DNA of 64,000 bases from positions 1-64,000 of the forward strand of contig LVLI01000192.1 in NCBI GenBank assembly GCA_001687465.1, given 5' to 3'. Positions 38,674-52,072 of the stretch are shown in pieces. The number at the start of each line of letters is the position of its first letter. The stretch's first letter is position 1. Below the pieces are notes generated by a model. The model did no database searches. It was not told the origin of the DNA and was given only the letters and a program-made list of their open reading frames with translations. This DNA is from Halocafeteria seosinensis (lineage: Eukaryota). Position numbers and translations under genes: made by a program.

Positions 38674-41600
38674 TTAGAAGTGTGCATCCCAGTTGGTCCC
38701 ATCCGGTTCGTAGGGTTCGATTTCTTCTTCTGCAGGATCTTTGTCACTACATTATAAACCAACAATAAAACATAAATTCACACTGCCAAGTACGCACCAT
38801 CATCATAAGCATCGAAGTGTGACGAATCGAAGGGATCCTTTAAAGGAGGTACCCATGGGGCAGGAAGCTCCTTCTTCAAGAGAGATTCCCAATCGAAATT
38901 CCCTTCTGCAAGCACAACAATACTTTCAAGTGGAACAGCGGGATGAACAATGAGTTGACTTACTCTTGAAGAATTTGTGGTTCTTAATGTCTTGTGTGCC
39001 GCCCTTTTTGCACCCAAGACGGTCGGTGACTCTTGCTTTAAGCAAGTGTTTCACCAAATCTTTCACATCCTTGTCCTTGACCCAACCTGAGAAGCTATAC
39101 TTCCCTTTTACAATCTTCTTGCAAATAACCATCTGTAGCGTTAAGCCAACAAACCAGAAGCACCAATCAGTATGTAGATCCAAAGAGAGCAGAATTGGTA
39201 TACACTTACTTGGTCTTGAGATTCATCCGAAAACGGGGATACCCCGCAAAGCATTTCATAAATCAGCACGCCAACAGCCCAGTAGTCTACACCTTTGCCG
39301 TGACCCTTACCCAACACAAGTTCGGGAGCAAGGTACTCAGGGGTACCACAGAGGGTATACGTTCTATCCTTGACAATCTTGGCAAATCCCATATCAACGA
39401 TTTTGATGTATCCCTTATCGTCGATCAGCATGCTGCAATTTGAATGCAGCAGAGTTAGCTTTATCCCGCTAGACTAAATATTCTCCTCGAAGGGAATACT
39501 TACTTTTCAGGTTTCAAGTCCCTGTAAACAATACTCTTCTCATGCATAGCTTCCAAACCAGAAATGACACAGGCCGCATAGAATCGAGTACTTTCGACCG
39601 TCAAACAGCCCGTTGGTTGATTCGCCAACAAAGCGAACAGTTCTCCTCCTTGTACAAGTTCAATTACCATATACAGACAATCTTTGTCTTTCATCGTCGC
39701 AATCAACTTGAGTACGAAGGGGTGATCAAGCATTGCCATGACATCCCGCTCATGCACAACATTCTTTTGCTGTCCATATGCGACGATCTGGGCCTTCTGT
39801 AGGACCTTCAAGGCATAAGCCTCGCCCGTCTGCGGTTTCCACAATGACGTTTTTATTAACAAATCATTTCGGCAATTTGATTGCGCTAGACTTACTGGTT
39901 TATACTTGACTAGCTTAACTCTACCGAAAGTACCAGCGCCCAGCGTCTGCATAATCTCCAAATCTTTCAAACGCATCGTATGCAAATCGCGTTTTTCCGA
40001 TTCCTCCGCAGCTGGTTTGCTCTTTGCAGTATCCCCACTCTTAGCAGCGGCTTTCTGGCTCTTCTCAAAATCTCGGCGAGTGATACTGAAAAGCACAGAT
40101 GGTTCAGCCGTATAGACAGAATGTTCTGCTGTTACGTCTCTTGTTAGTGTGTCCTCTCCATAGAAGCCGCCTGCACTAAGCCCAACATTTGTGCGAAAAC
40201 TACTCACGAGCAACGCACCGTTCCGTCAGCTTACCTGCTTCCAATGTCCTAACAGTCTTTTCGCCAGATTGCACCTTTAATTGACCACTCTTCACCACAA
40301 GAAATGTATCATTTATGTCCCCCTCTTTAACAACTTGAACGCCAGCGGGAACCTCGTGTTCACGGAAGCCCTTGACCATCTGCTAAGCAAAAAGCGAACG
40401 CTTCCTCAGTGTGTCAGCCTGCCCAACGATGTGTAGTGAACGACTTACGTGTTCCTTTTCCGTGTCAGACAAGTCTGAGAAAACGGATATTGAGGACACA
40501 ACTCGCATTTTCAAATTATCGTCCAGGATTTCCCGCAAAGGACCCAGTAGTTCAGTAAATGCCATTCGGTCAAGCACCATGCAGGTCACGGGCGTCTTCG
40601 CAACAACATTGGCCGCCCGAGGTTCAGCAAGCAGCAGCGCTCGTTCGCCGAAATAAGAGCCTTCGCCCAGTGTAACGTCATTGGCACTGTCGCTTGAGCC
40701 AATGTCCGTGCAGACAACCTCTCCAGACTTTATCATGTAAAAAGTTTCACCTTCGTCTCCTTTACTGATAATGCGGTCACCAGGCTGGAAGGCCCGCTCT
40801 TGGACAGCGTCTGCTATGGTGTGAAGTTGCTCATCAGTCAGGGTCTCGAGAAGTTGTACATTTCTCAAGGATTGAACAATGGATGCTACCTGGTCTTCTC
40901 GTGTAGAAGCAATCATATACCTGAAGGTAATACGGTCAAGTGCCCACACAGATGCATCCGTTGCAGCAATCACACTGGCAGCACGGGGACAATTGTAGAG
41001 CAAAGCTAGCTCTCCAAATGACTCGCCGTTCGTCCTTTGGGCAACTTTCTTGCCATTGACGTCAATATCAAACGTTCCATCCTCAACAACTGTATAATTA
41101 ACAGTTAATAGACAGTTGAGTAACACATACAATACATCAGCCGCCTAGATAGCAGACATACCGTAAAAGTTATCTCCTTTGTCCCCTTGACGAATGATTA
41201 CTTCTCCCTTCTTCAGACGCTTTTCTTGCATAGCCATAACAACCTGCTCGAGTTCCTCGGACGAAAGAGAGGAGAACAAAAACCCAGCAGAGCCTTGCAG
41301 AGCGGAACGTATCGTTTTCTTGCTTGCTTCGCTCTTCGAAACTGACTTTGGCGTAAAGCTTTGGCGACTGGTATCGTAACTCTCCGCCATAATAACGTTT
41401 CGCTTCTTCTTATCCCGATGGCTCTGAGTGGGAGCTTCCTCCGCATTCTCTCCTCCCTGTCAATAAAAGCAGTACCAGTACAAATGTAGCGAGGAAAGGT
41501 ATGCATGTATGTGTGCGTTCAACCTACTTCTGTTGTAGGCGGTTCCCACTGCGTCTTGTTCGTAGGAGTGTGCCAATAGAAGAGCTTTCCAGTGGCCTCA

Positions 41601-41838
41601 TCAAGGATTTCACGCCATCCCGGAGGAAGGGAAACAGTGGGATTCTGTGCACCATGAAGAAGAACTAACTCTGCTTTAGAGGCAATACAATCAAGTTGTC
41701 ACAACCTACTCTGCGGCCGCGTCCCGGGCGTTCCCATGTAACCTCATCCGTTTCTTCGTTCCAGTAATAATAGTGACGAGATTGAGGGTCCCACACTGCG
41801 CTCCAAGGGCTCGGCAGCGTTGCGGTAATTTCCGCAGC
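38674..41838 (-). CDS. Single-chain cyclic-nucleotide-dependent AGC kinase: WW-WW-3xCNB-kinase (start codon upstream, unresolved)
   Basis: WW1 [33 protein letters not shown]2 [34 protein letters not shown] cassettes [16 protein letters not shown] and [16 protein letters not shown]; kinase [31 protein letters not shown]. Ends WDAHF*. Confidence 0.88.
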
Positions 41839-43588
41839 CTGCAGCAAAGCATTGAATACGGTGTCAATAGAGGCGCCGGTTCCCCGATTCTCACAGCAAT
41901 AACATGGTAACACAAAAGGAGGGGTTCAACAAAAGAAAACCGGGGATAAACAAAAAACAAATGCAGCACGCATTTTGACGAGGATTTCATACGCATCCAA
42001 GCTCCGCAATTTCTACATACATACGAAGAACAAGTGTTTATCAGCCCTTTTCACCCTTTGCATCCATCGCGCATACTTCCGTTTAGAGCAAATCATCGAC
42101 ACGGTGGATCGAACCCAAAGACGAAACCACTGTTCGTGGTATCCGCGTCTTCTTTGAAGCTACTGGCTGAAAAAATCAACGAATCTCTGCTTTTCCTTCC
42201 GCCTTTTGGACCCTTTCCCTTCCCTTGTTTCTCCTCTAGCGTATGGTGCTAGGTAGAAAAGAAGATGCATAAAACAGTGCACTGACGGAAATCGGCAATG
42301 GAAGCCGTGAAAATGCTCTAAATGAAGGGATAATACCAGGAGAGTGTCTTTTGCCCTTCGATCGAGGCATTCTTGCTCCATTCTCACCACTTTTTCCACC
42401 CATATTAGAAGAAATTCAGTTTCTAGAGAGTCGACTACATTCTTTCTTCCTAGCATATGCTACTTACTTTATCCGCCATGGTTATAGTTGCTTAAATGGA
42501 GACAAAAACGCAAATCCAAACAGCTCAAAACAAGGAAAACTCCTTTTTTCTCTCTTAATACAGTCCCAGAGCAATATATGGGTACTGAATCTGAAAGAAC
42601 GAATCAAGATCTTTCCAATGAGCACGGACAGACTAATCAAAACAGCATTGAATAGCCATAAAAGGGCTCCATCTGCTCCTGAAAGTCCGTATCCAGGGTG
42701 GGTGCTACACGGTGGGATACGGTGAGCACGCCGCCCCTTGCCTTCTGGGTCGCGGGCGAAGTCTCTTTTCCTAAGCAACGACAAGTGGCGAAAAGGAAAA
42801 CGTAAACAGAGGTCTATCTTGTGGGGATTGCACTCAGGTGATGAATTATGAGTGGTGGTGTTCACCGACATGGCCACATTATACGCACGTGGCAATCCGA
42901 ACCTGCCGTGGAAGCAAATTCCTAGCCCGAGGAGAGCAAGTTGCGAAACGAGCACGTAATCAAATCCCCTTTCCTACAAATGTCAGAAATCATAATTATA
43001 CTAGTCCCTTCCCTCTGCGGATCCAAAAGTTGTTGTGTTTATGTGTTCCCTGGCACATGCACAATTCGCGGGACCAATTGGCCAACCGGGTACGGTTTCC
43101 CCACCCCTTTCCATTCTGATTTCAAAGGCAATGTTTCCAGTCTTTCAAAGTGAATGTTGTGTCTTTAGTATTCATTCACTGTGTGCATATCTCTACTTCT
43201 ACGGATCGCATACACTGATGCAGAACCCTTACCACTGGTACTCACTTCCTGAGGAAGTCTTCTTCGCAGCACTCCATTGCCTTCATCTTCCGCTACAACT
43301 TCGTCCTTGATATGCTTCGGTTTCCCGCATAACCATTTGAAACCACGCTCCCAGAACACTTTATCTCATTGCTGCCTGATAAATCGCGATTCGCGGTTCG
43401 CCTTGGCGGTTCCTGTTCCAGGGACCGCGCAATCTTTTCGCAACCTTGTAGAGCACGTCTTACGAGGCAGTGTTTGCGGCTGTATACGACGTGAGTAAGA
43501 GCATATAGTGTTAGGGAGATCGTTAACTCAATATAGGAGATGGGAACTGCTTTGGAATCTTGAAATTCGGTTGGTGAAAGAGGGAGAA

Positions 43589-44320
43589 ATGGTGAATATC
43601 CGGCAGGCCACTGTGGACGACCTCTTGGCTCTCCAGTCAGCCAATTTATCGTGTTTACCAGAGAATTACCAGATGAAATATTACCTTTTCCATATATTAT
43701 CATGGCCGGAACTATTATGGGTAGCAGAGGATACAGATGGCAAAATTGTGGGATACGTCATGGCTAAAATGTAGGCGGATAACACTCTGTGACACCTGGA
43801 TTCGTTCATGTTTAATGTATCTCCATGTGGCGTTTTCCTGTTCAATTCTGCAGGGAAGAAGATGATAAACTAGTGCATGGGCATGTTACTTCGTTGGCTG
43901 TCCTTAGAACACACAGAAAGCTCGGACTGGCGACGAAATTGATGTTATGTACCCGTACGTAGAGTTCGCCTCACTGACTTGTCTAGTTACACTAGCATCA
44001 GAGATGATGAATCGATCTTCGCAGAGAGGAAAATGGTGGAATTATACGATGCGAAATATTGCTCGCTACACGTGAGGGTTACTAACTATGCAGCTGTTCA
44101 TTTATACAACAACACATTAAAATTCGAGTAAGTTCCACGCGAAGTCTACCGCATCGCACCGTCGTTTATCATGACAGAAAATTTTTACACGAGCAGCATT
44201 CATGCGATTGATCCGAAATACTATGCGGACGGAGAGGATGCCTACGAAATGCGTAAACAGCTGTCCCATGAGGACTTTGGTTTAGAATCTCACGAAGACG
44301 GCGAAGAAGCAACATCATAG
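43589..44320 (+). CDS. NAA10: N-alpha-acetyltransferase catalytic subunit (ARD1), 4 exons
   Basis: MVNIRQAT...[53 protein letters not shown] and [13 protein letters not shown]. Confidence 0.95.
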
Positions 44321-44470
44321 TGCGAACGGGACAGTACGGGGGATAGAGCGTTATTAGGAGTCAGCTTAGCTTGCTTACAAGAAAGCAACCACGTTCGTTG
44401 TCTTCGGAGGAGGTCGTTGTGGCAGTGCGCTCCTGTTGGAGTCTCTAAGCAGGTTGAAATACACAACCTA

Positions 44471-45298
44471 TTAGCCATCCTCCGTATGCTTTCTTATATC
44501 TTCAAGCGTATTCCGAAAAGACTGTTCAATAACCGGGCGACTATCGAATGCAAATGCTCTCTTTTTAGCTTTTTTCCTTGAATGCTCCTCACCAAACTCC
44601 TCGGCTTCGTGGCTCCACGAATGCCCTTCCTCGGGGGAGTAATTTTTGTCTTCCCGTATTATTCGCGTTGCTTCTCTTACTCGTTTAGTAATTTGTCTCT
44701 GCAACAGAACGGTCGAGTTGACAAGAGATGCACGTACGCTACTGGATGATCACTGCTAGGCTTACCACTCGGGAAGAAATAACGTGATAAATAGGCGGAT
44801 TAGGGTAAATTGTTCCCATGAAGTAATAATAAAGCCTCTTGGTATGGACAAGATCTTCCGAGATACGGTATTGCTCCCGGATCAGAAAAACTTGGTGTTG
44901 CTCCAAATCACTTTCCCGAAGTGTGTACTGGGTTCCCGTCCACCGCCTGCGAGGAACACGCTTCAACAGCCTTTCCCTATAGTAATACGAAGAGCCATTC
45001 CTTACTTGAGTGATTCCTGACTTATCGATGCGTTCTCATAAAGGGTATCTTTTTTGAAGAACGGCGATAGTGCAAAGTAATCTAAGATACACTGTCGAGG
45101 GACGAACGGTGTAGACGTAGGACCATCTCCTGGCTTCCTAAAATGAGATAGCCACTCATCGCTTCGAAAAGATATTCCTGCGCATAATTCGTTATAGACG
45201 TGACGATGTCTACCCAACACAGCTTTCGTTACGTGCAAATATTCTGGCATTAGCTTACCATATTCCTGTCCGGGTTCTACTGTGGACGACGACAGCAT
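44471..45298 (-). CDS. MED6: Mediator subunit 6
   Basis: SFRSDEWL, ILDYFALSPFF and VFLIREQYR...YYYFMGTIYPNPPIYHVISSR across 3 exons. Confidence 0.72.
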
Positions 45299-46363
45299 TA
45301 TCCTCCAGGTCTGCTATACTCTCACCGCTTTGTTTCGGCCGCTCAAAACACACAACTGTTGTACTATGCTACCATGGGACAATACAATATCTGGTAATGT
45401 GGAGTGACAGCGCGTCGTATCCTCGTTAGAATCCAAAACACGAAGTAGTCGTCGATGCTCTGTGAAGTTCCGGCCATGCCAAACCGCAACTTGTCTGCAA
45501 GACTGCCGCTCAGTGCACTGTCATAGCAATACCGATTGCTGTAATTTGTCACTTTTTCATACTGTGCGAGGGACAGGATCTACACACGGGAGGAGCCTTA
45601 ACTGGTTGAGTGTATGAAGTATGAATAAAAGTTTTTGTGTTGTAAAACAAAAATGGAATCACGTAGCGCTTCCCGCATTCCCTGCTGTGAGCTTTGTAGA
45701 GCACGTTCCTGTAAGTAGAATTCATGAGAACCAGAATTGTGCTACGTGCACCTTACTTACACTTCATTCTTTTCGTGCTTTTCTGTTATCAGTTCTTTAC
45801 TTCATATAATGGTATTTAGTAGGAAGCGATGTCGTCCTGGGGTTGAAAGAGAAACAGGGCCTCAAGGCGTAAGAGATGCATACATATTTCTTGTAGACGT
45901 TTACAACGAGTACGAAACACATTGCTACGGGAAAGACACCCTTGATGGAAGCACTACTGGCTCGATTCAACTAGTGTGACAAAAAGTTTCCTACTGCACC
46001 TCAAACTCAACTGCGTCTTCGATATCGCCCCATTTTTTATGGCAAAAGAAATCAAGAAGGCAACAAGGAATGTAATTTGCCAGTCATTGATATAGCAATA
46101 CACCCTCGTTCGTCAAAATGCTAGAAGGCCACTGCTCCCAGTCTCCATTGATCAGGATCTTTTCCGCGGATGAATTAACTGATTATCTTGCTGTAGTTGC
46201 TTCTGTAGGCGACTGTGTGACACTTTGACTGACCACTCAAACTTTCGTGAAAAAGTATTCCTTCACGAGTGGTTCCGTGCTATTTGTTAAATTAACTCCA
46301 ATTCCTAATAGCAGGACATACAACTGTCAATATAGAATGACAAGGCACATTTCTTACTCGCAT

Positions 46364-47218
46364 TTATGTTCGTTCTTGGTCTTCTTGGGACTGTGAAGCT
46401 TCGTCCTCGCTCTGATACAGCGACCGCTCCCGGGCGCGGGCTCTGGCCGTCTTCTCGTCATAATATCGGGAGGCTAATTTCTCCATTCGTTCTAATCTGG
46501 AACTCTCCCGTTGTTGAAATTCCTGCTCATCCAGTTGTAACTGTTCCTCGATCTTCCTGAGTGCTGGATCGGCAGACCAGTCGAAGTCTCCCGAAGTCTT
46601 TGAACCAGGGCTTTGAATTCGACGCGTTTTCGTCCGTAGGTTGGGCATTTTCAGTGCGAGGTAATCCGAAAATTCTTCTATCTGCAGTAATGTTGAACAT
46701 ACACCAAACAGTTTCGGCATTAGGAGTTCATCTACTGCTGCTCTGGAGAAACTTACACTTCGAATATCTAAGTACCAACCCACTCCTAGTGCCACGGCGG
46801 TAGTCACTCCCAGACACAACGCAGTCCCGTACATGAACGCTTTGAATGCCAGGCGTCCTGCGTTAGAGTCTCCTTTAATAGGTCTGTTCATGGCCTCTCG
46901 GGTGTTCCTATGGCCTTCTCTTGTATATTCCACCTCCTGTCCAGTTCGAGGCTGTTGACCTCCATGTCCTGTGCCTTCATAGCCGTGCGATTCTTGTCTG
47001 TACGGCCTTCGAAATCCATATACACCTGCATAGAAATCAGTTCTGGCGGTGTAGAAGCTAGAATGGAGTGTCTAGGAGATATTACACCACTTACTTCCGC
47101 CCAGGAGAACAGTTCCAGCACCTATAGCAGCTCCAATAGGAAGCCATCTACCCCAAGAAGGGCTTTTAGGTTCCTCCTCATCCTCTCCGGGGAAATTTTC
47201 TTTATTTCGGCCGGACAT
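46364..47218 (-). CDS. TMEM242/DUF1358-like small membrane protein
   Basis: Spliced MSGRNKENF...WLPIGAAIGAGTVLLGG, then LAFKAFMYGTALCLGVTTAVALGVGWYLDIRS, an intron, then IEEFS. Family call from motif resemblance only. Confidence 0.6.
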
Positions 47219-47481
47219 CTTTATTATACCGCAAGGGTGTATGCCATTTATACCAATCCAAACGTAGTTTCACACAGTGACAAGTGTGCTGCTTGTGAAG
47301 CCCGTGAGGAATCCTAGCCTGTTAGTGCCAAGTTGCTGTGTCGTATGTGGGAGCGTAATTCTTGGAAATGAGAAATATAACTGCGTAAGCATTGCATATT
47401 GATGAATTTTATTCATGCTTTACCGACTGATGCTACCACTACTGTAGGGCCGGCTACTGTTAGCCCTGCAGACTGGTTGGC

Positions 47482-50400
47482 CTACAATAGAGCTCCTCGG
47501 GCAACATCATACACGGTAAATCTCTGGGGGAGCATTTCTTCGATGTTCTTTTTGCAGCCTCCTCGCCATAATTTTGCAGGGGTGTGAATCAGCAAACGTT
47601 TGTTGGATTTGTCAGAGAGAGAGTCCTCAGGTGACGGATCAGGCTCTTGCGCAGCAGAAGCTGCTTCGTCCGGCGGGTGACAACAACAATCTAACACGGG
47701 AGTATTCGGAGCACCAGATCGCTGAATCGCTTCATTGAGTCGTCTCATATCGCTAAAAACTTTGGTGAAGGTGTTCCATTGACTATCCGAAGTCATACCC
47801 TCAACGCGAGCAACGGTGTCGCATTCTACATCAAACAAATGCTCGTTCAAGAACTGATCTCCGAACTGCTCGACGCACCAACCAGTGTTCTCATCTGCGG
47901 CACTGAGCCAATGGTTTTCGTAGGTATCTTCGCTCACAGGATCCTGCAGGTCGTGATCCGCAATGTCAGCATCGTCTATGTGCTTCTTCCATAACTGAAT
48001 TCTTAAATTTTGAACAGGGGCAGACGCTGTCCAAGGCTTGCCGTTCATACAAGATTCCACAGTACTCGAGCTCTCATCTGGTTGGGAACCTAACCAACCT
48101 ATCCTTAACGATATCTCTGAGTCGCCATTTCCCAGCATCGATCTGTCATTGATATTTGCACTTCCTACCATAGCGAGAGTATCGTCAACAATGAGAACCT
48201 TTGTATGAACATATACTTGTTCCAGTATTAAGATGGATTCGTCAAGTTGTTTCGCTCCAAGCAAGTGTGTGTGCATTCTCTCCAACGACTTTGTGCGTCT
48301 TAGAGTCTGTGTTTGTGCTAAGGAGCAAACGCTCAGCCATTTACGAATATCTGCATCATCTGCGTTGGGGCACCTAGATTTCAATTTGCTACGAAGCCTT
48401 GGCACCAGGGCATGCCTGCCGATGAACAGTGATTGTAGCTGCCAATACAAGATAGTCCGCAATACAGCCGAAGCGTCATCATCTTCGGGGAGGCAAGGAA
48501 CAACAATAATAGCCCGAAATGTTTCATCATTTTCTATCGCTCGACATATTCGCTCATAGAGAGCATCATTTACTTTGTTTCGAGGATACTGGGAGGTGAT
48601 GCTGCTATTTGCTTCACGATCTGCGTTCTTCAAGCCGGCCAAACTTAAGAAGAACTGATTCTCAATGTAAACATAGTGCTGTGCATCTGAAATAGCGTTG
48701 CACATAGACCTCTCGATCGACGCCTCCTTTCCGGGAAGTCCTGTGGACCATGTTGAAACTGAGGAAAGAACCTGAGCTGGACCGTACCAGCACGGAGGTA
48801 GCTCCTGGGACTGCTGAGCCCAATCCTTTCGCAATACTGGAAGATGATGCACTAACACCCCAAGAGCGCGTGTTGGCACGTGTTCGACGACAAATGCGCA
48901 AAATTCGTCGTCAGTTAGTCCATTAAATTTGAACGATGTCAACGGGTGCTGTCGCAATTCCTCGCGCTTCCACCACGGACAAAGATCACTCCGCGGAATC
49001 GCCATCTGTACCCTCCCTTTTAGACCTTTTTGCACAACGTGGTGATTCCAACGCCGAATAAAATGGAATCCCACATCTAATGCTGCCTCTCCCCCAACAA
49101 TAGCGGCTGCATCTTGCCAGGGCATCCTCGGCAGTTCCCTCTTATCAATAGTTGCCCGTACATGCGGAGGGTACCTTGACAATGCCGCATCTAAGCGAGG
49201 ATTATAGCACTCTTGCTCATTCTCCGGAATTGACGACCAGTCAGGAACAAGAGGAGTCAGTTCATTCGTATCGAAACGTCCAGGACAAAGGTCCATACCT
49301 GAACCCATACAACCGAGTGGCATACTGAAACTGCACAAATGCGAAAAATAGGAGCGCAACGACTTACCACCAACGAATGCTATTCGTTCATCAATGATAG
49401 CAGTCTTTTCATGGTGACTCCAAATACGAGAAGAGACATCCTTGACTGCAAAATTTTGTGGATGGCGAATTACTTCAATGTTTTCATGCGCATTTGCAAG
49501 GATTCGCTCAGCCCCTCGACTTCCATTTGGCATTATCGATGGCACCTCGTTATATAGCAGAACGCGAACGTGTACACCATTGCTGGCTCTATTGACAAGG
49601 ATGTCAAGCAGGGTTATAGCCATTTTCTCGCATTGGTCCGCCGGAAGACCGAGCAGATGGGGGCGAAACAGTGCCACGTTTGGATCCATCCACCAGTCCG
49701 TAATGAAGATATTGTGCTGAGCGCTTGAAAGAGCTACAGCTAAAGACACGAACGCATCTTGTCCACCAACGAGTGGGCATACTGGAACACAGCGCCGCAA
49801 CGGGAACCCACAGTCATTCGGGTGCTTGCACAATGGCCCTGCGCCAACGTCACGGCTACCGAACAGAACGGGTTCACTGAGCGCAAGAGATCGGAAATCG
49901 CTCTTCGACAAGTTTGCTATCCGAGGAGAGAAGATATCTTGGGTGTGAGGTGTTGGGTTTGCCAAGCTGGTGGTCGGACATCGATACATTTCAGACAGTG
50001 CGACCATCCATGATACAAATTCGTGCGTGCTTCCGGTCTTCAACACAAGTGACCGCGTCCGATTCTTCAGCAAAATGTACTTCTTAGAGTTATCGAAGAA
50101 TATCGAGAAGCAATCGTCGACTAAGAAGACTCCATGCACAGGATCTCTTTCTTTGGACGGAAGCTGCGTAGCTTCGTCGGCAACGGCGTCAATCGTAAAC
50201 TCCGAATCGATGTCTCGCCTTCCTCGCAGAACGGGGGCATCCTCGCCTATCTTGTTAAAGCAGTATAAGGGAAAATTCTTGGCGACGCTCCGCTTATACC
50301 AGACAATGGCACAGTCCCGCAGAGAGAACCACCTGTGTTTCCAGTTAGACACCGGGAAGCGAGAAGCGTGGAAAGCACGACCCCCGGAAAGCTTGTATGC

Positions 50401-50991
50401 CCAGCCTTCTCTGCCCTTTCTACCTAATGCAGAATCAAAGCTGCCAGGGGAAACTTCAAAAAAATGCCAAATCTGCAGGAAGACAAAACATAAGATTTAG
50501 ATATACAACACCCATTCAACTTTGCAGCAACCACTCACGTCGGGCGACAACCTCCACAGAGGCTGGGAGTCCGCTACATATTGCAAGAAATTGGGTACTC
50601 CTCGGCATCGCTCTTTAATTACCGTCTTATTGAACCGACGTTTGAAAATATGCCTCGGAGGTAACTGGGCGAAGCTGGGCAATGGTTGACCCATGACAGA
50701 TTCGTATTTCTTCCGCAGGTGGTTGAGTTCATTGTAACGACGGTGGATCGTCCACTGGAACCCTTTGCATTGGAGCTTGATGTGATACAGGACAAACACC
50801 CAAGACTCCCTGGAAACTCGGAAAGCCTCTGCTTGCACAGTTTTGACAGTAATAATGTGATTCGGTCGAGCGACGGAGTCATCCGGATGGCCCACCGCTG
50901 TCGTGCCCGAATTCTGCGAGAGCAGGGATTGCTGATTGGAGGACACCCCAACAAGGTGTCCCTCCTGCTGTAAACTCGCACTGGCACCCAT
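47482..50991 (-). CDS. PX-PH phospholipase D, copy A
   Basis: MGASAS start, PX (WTIHRRYNELNHL), PH (EGWAYK...WKHRWFSL), HKD1 SHHEKTAIID, PRMPWQD, YIENQFF, HKD2 YVHTKVLIVDD...GSANINDRS. Introns 50473-50538 and 49299-49367. Confidence 0.93.
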
Positions 50992-51399
50992 TTTCGCCTT
51001 GTGAGAACCTGTTTAACCCGGCCAGTACAAGCAAGCCTCACTCAGCGTCCCCAGGACCTGGAGTCAACAAGGCAATCTTTTCTTGCACTGGACCGTACAA
51101 TCTTTTTTTACTTCAACTTGGTGCCGCCAGAGGGCTTCAGGAAAGAGCATCGCGATACGGAGTTTTGTTAGGGTGAATTCATAAAGTAAGTGAAACATAT
51201 TCAACCTGAAAGTTGCCGAATGGTTCCGTTGGGCCGTGAAAAATGGCTTTCTTACCGCCGAAATTGCTTGAAGAGGCGACCAAAACAGTGGGCAAGCCAG
51301 GGGTTGTCACTGCTGTTTTGTGGTCTCTTTGTCGTCCCCTATGGGGCCGCTACCGAGGCTTTTTGTTGTTTCTACGAGGGTGCTTGTGAAGGTGACACC

Positions 51400-51582
51400 C
51401 AGCACATTCTATCTGGGGTAAAACGAGGTTTTCAACCGATTGTTTTGCTCCTAAACCATGTGCAATAGTAACGACGCTTGTTTGGCTACCCGCTGGTGGT
51501 CTAAAAGAGTGTCAGTGACGTGTAGTTGGATGGCAAGCTGCACTATCCCAAAGCTGCCGTCCTGGTCGCGTTTTGCACATTA
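51400..51582 (+). ncRNA. H/ACA snoRNA candidate 1 (5' pocket: 18S Psi211/218-equivalent guide, or snR30-like); 3' end uncertain
   Basis: Lower stem gcacat/atgtgc, pocket tctatct/taaacc, 12-bp upper stem 51415-26/51440-51, H box ATAGTA 51465-70 at canonical distance, a second hairpin, and ACA at 51577. Confidence 0.55.
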
Positions 51583-51789
51583 TTGTCCTTTTCCGAGGTT
51601 AAAAACCAAAAAGAGAAAGCCATGTTGAGGGAACTATTACACATGTCTTCTCTCCTTGCTGTTCGCAGATCCCTGACATAGTCTTCCTAAACTGGAACCA
51701 CTATGTAAGGTAAGTTCACAAGCCGCGGTTTTGTGAAGTGAAGCACGCTGCGAAGCGAAGCAAAGTGAAGGGATGGTGGAAATAGATAG

Positions 51790-51886
51790 ACGCACATTCT
51801 ATCTGGGGTGAGCAGCACGTTGCTAAACGCAAGGGGTATCCATCCCAATCTGTCCCTGCTCTACCTCTTATCCGTGTGCGACACGA
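51790..51886 (+). ncRNA. H/ACA hairpin candidate 2 (18S ES6 pseudouridine guide, human Psi866-equivalent)
   Basis: Lower stem cgcaca/tgtgcg, pocket ttctatct/ttatccg, upper stem ggggtgagcag/ctgctc-t-acctc, and ACA 51881-83 lying 13 nt after the upper stem. Confidence 0.6.
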
Positions 51887-52072
51887 AGGGAGTGGAACGC
51901 GCAAGCAATTAAGCTCGCTTCGATTGATGCGTTCTTGATTGTGCATGCCAATAACAACGGATTTAACGACTACAACTGTGGTTCTTGTCTGGTGCAGTCA
52001 CATTGTCAGTGCATGTTAGCGGTAGAGCGGGTGACGTGTATGGTACATACATGGGGCACCTGACGAGCTATG

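Noticed and set aside
42838..42905. GTGATGA ... CCGA possible C/D snoRNA
   Set aside because: No terminal stem, no clear D box and no recognisable antisense element.
45300..46350. Short ORFs and splice-like sites between MED6 and the TMEM242-like gene
   Set aside because: The frames terminate quickly, and no supported CDS or RNA motif was found.
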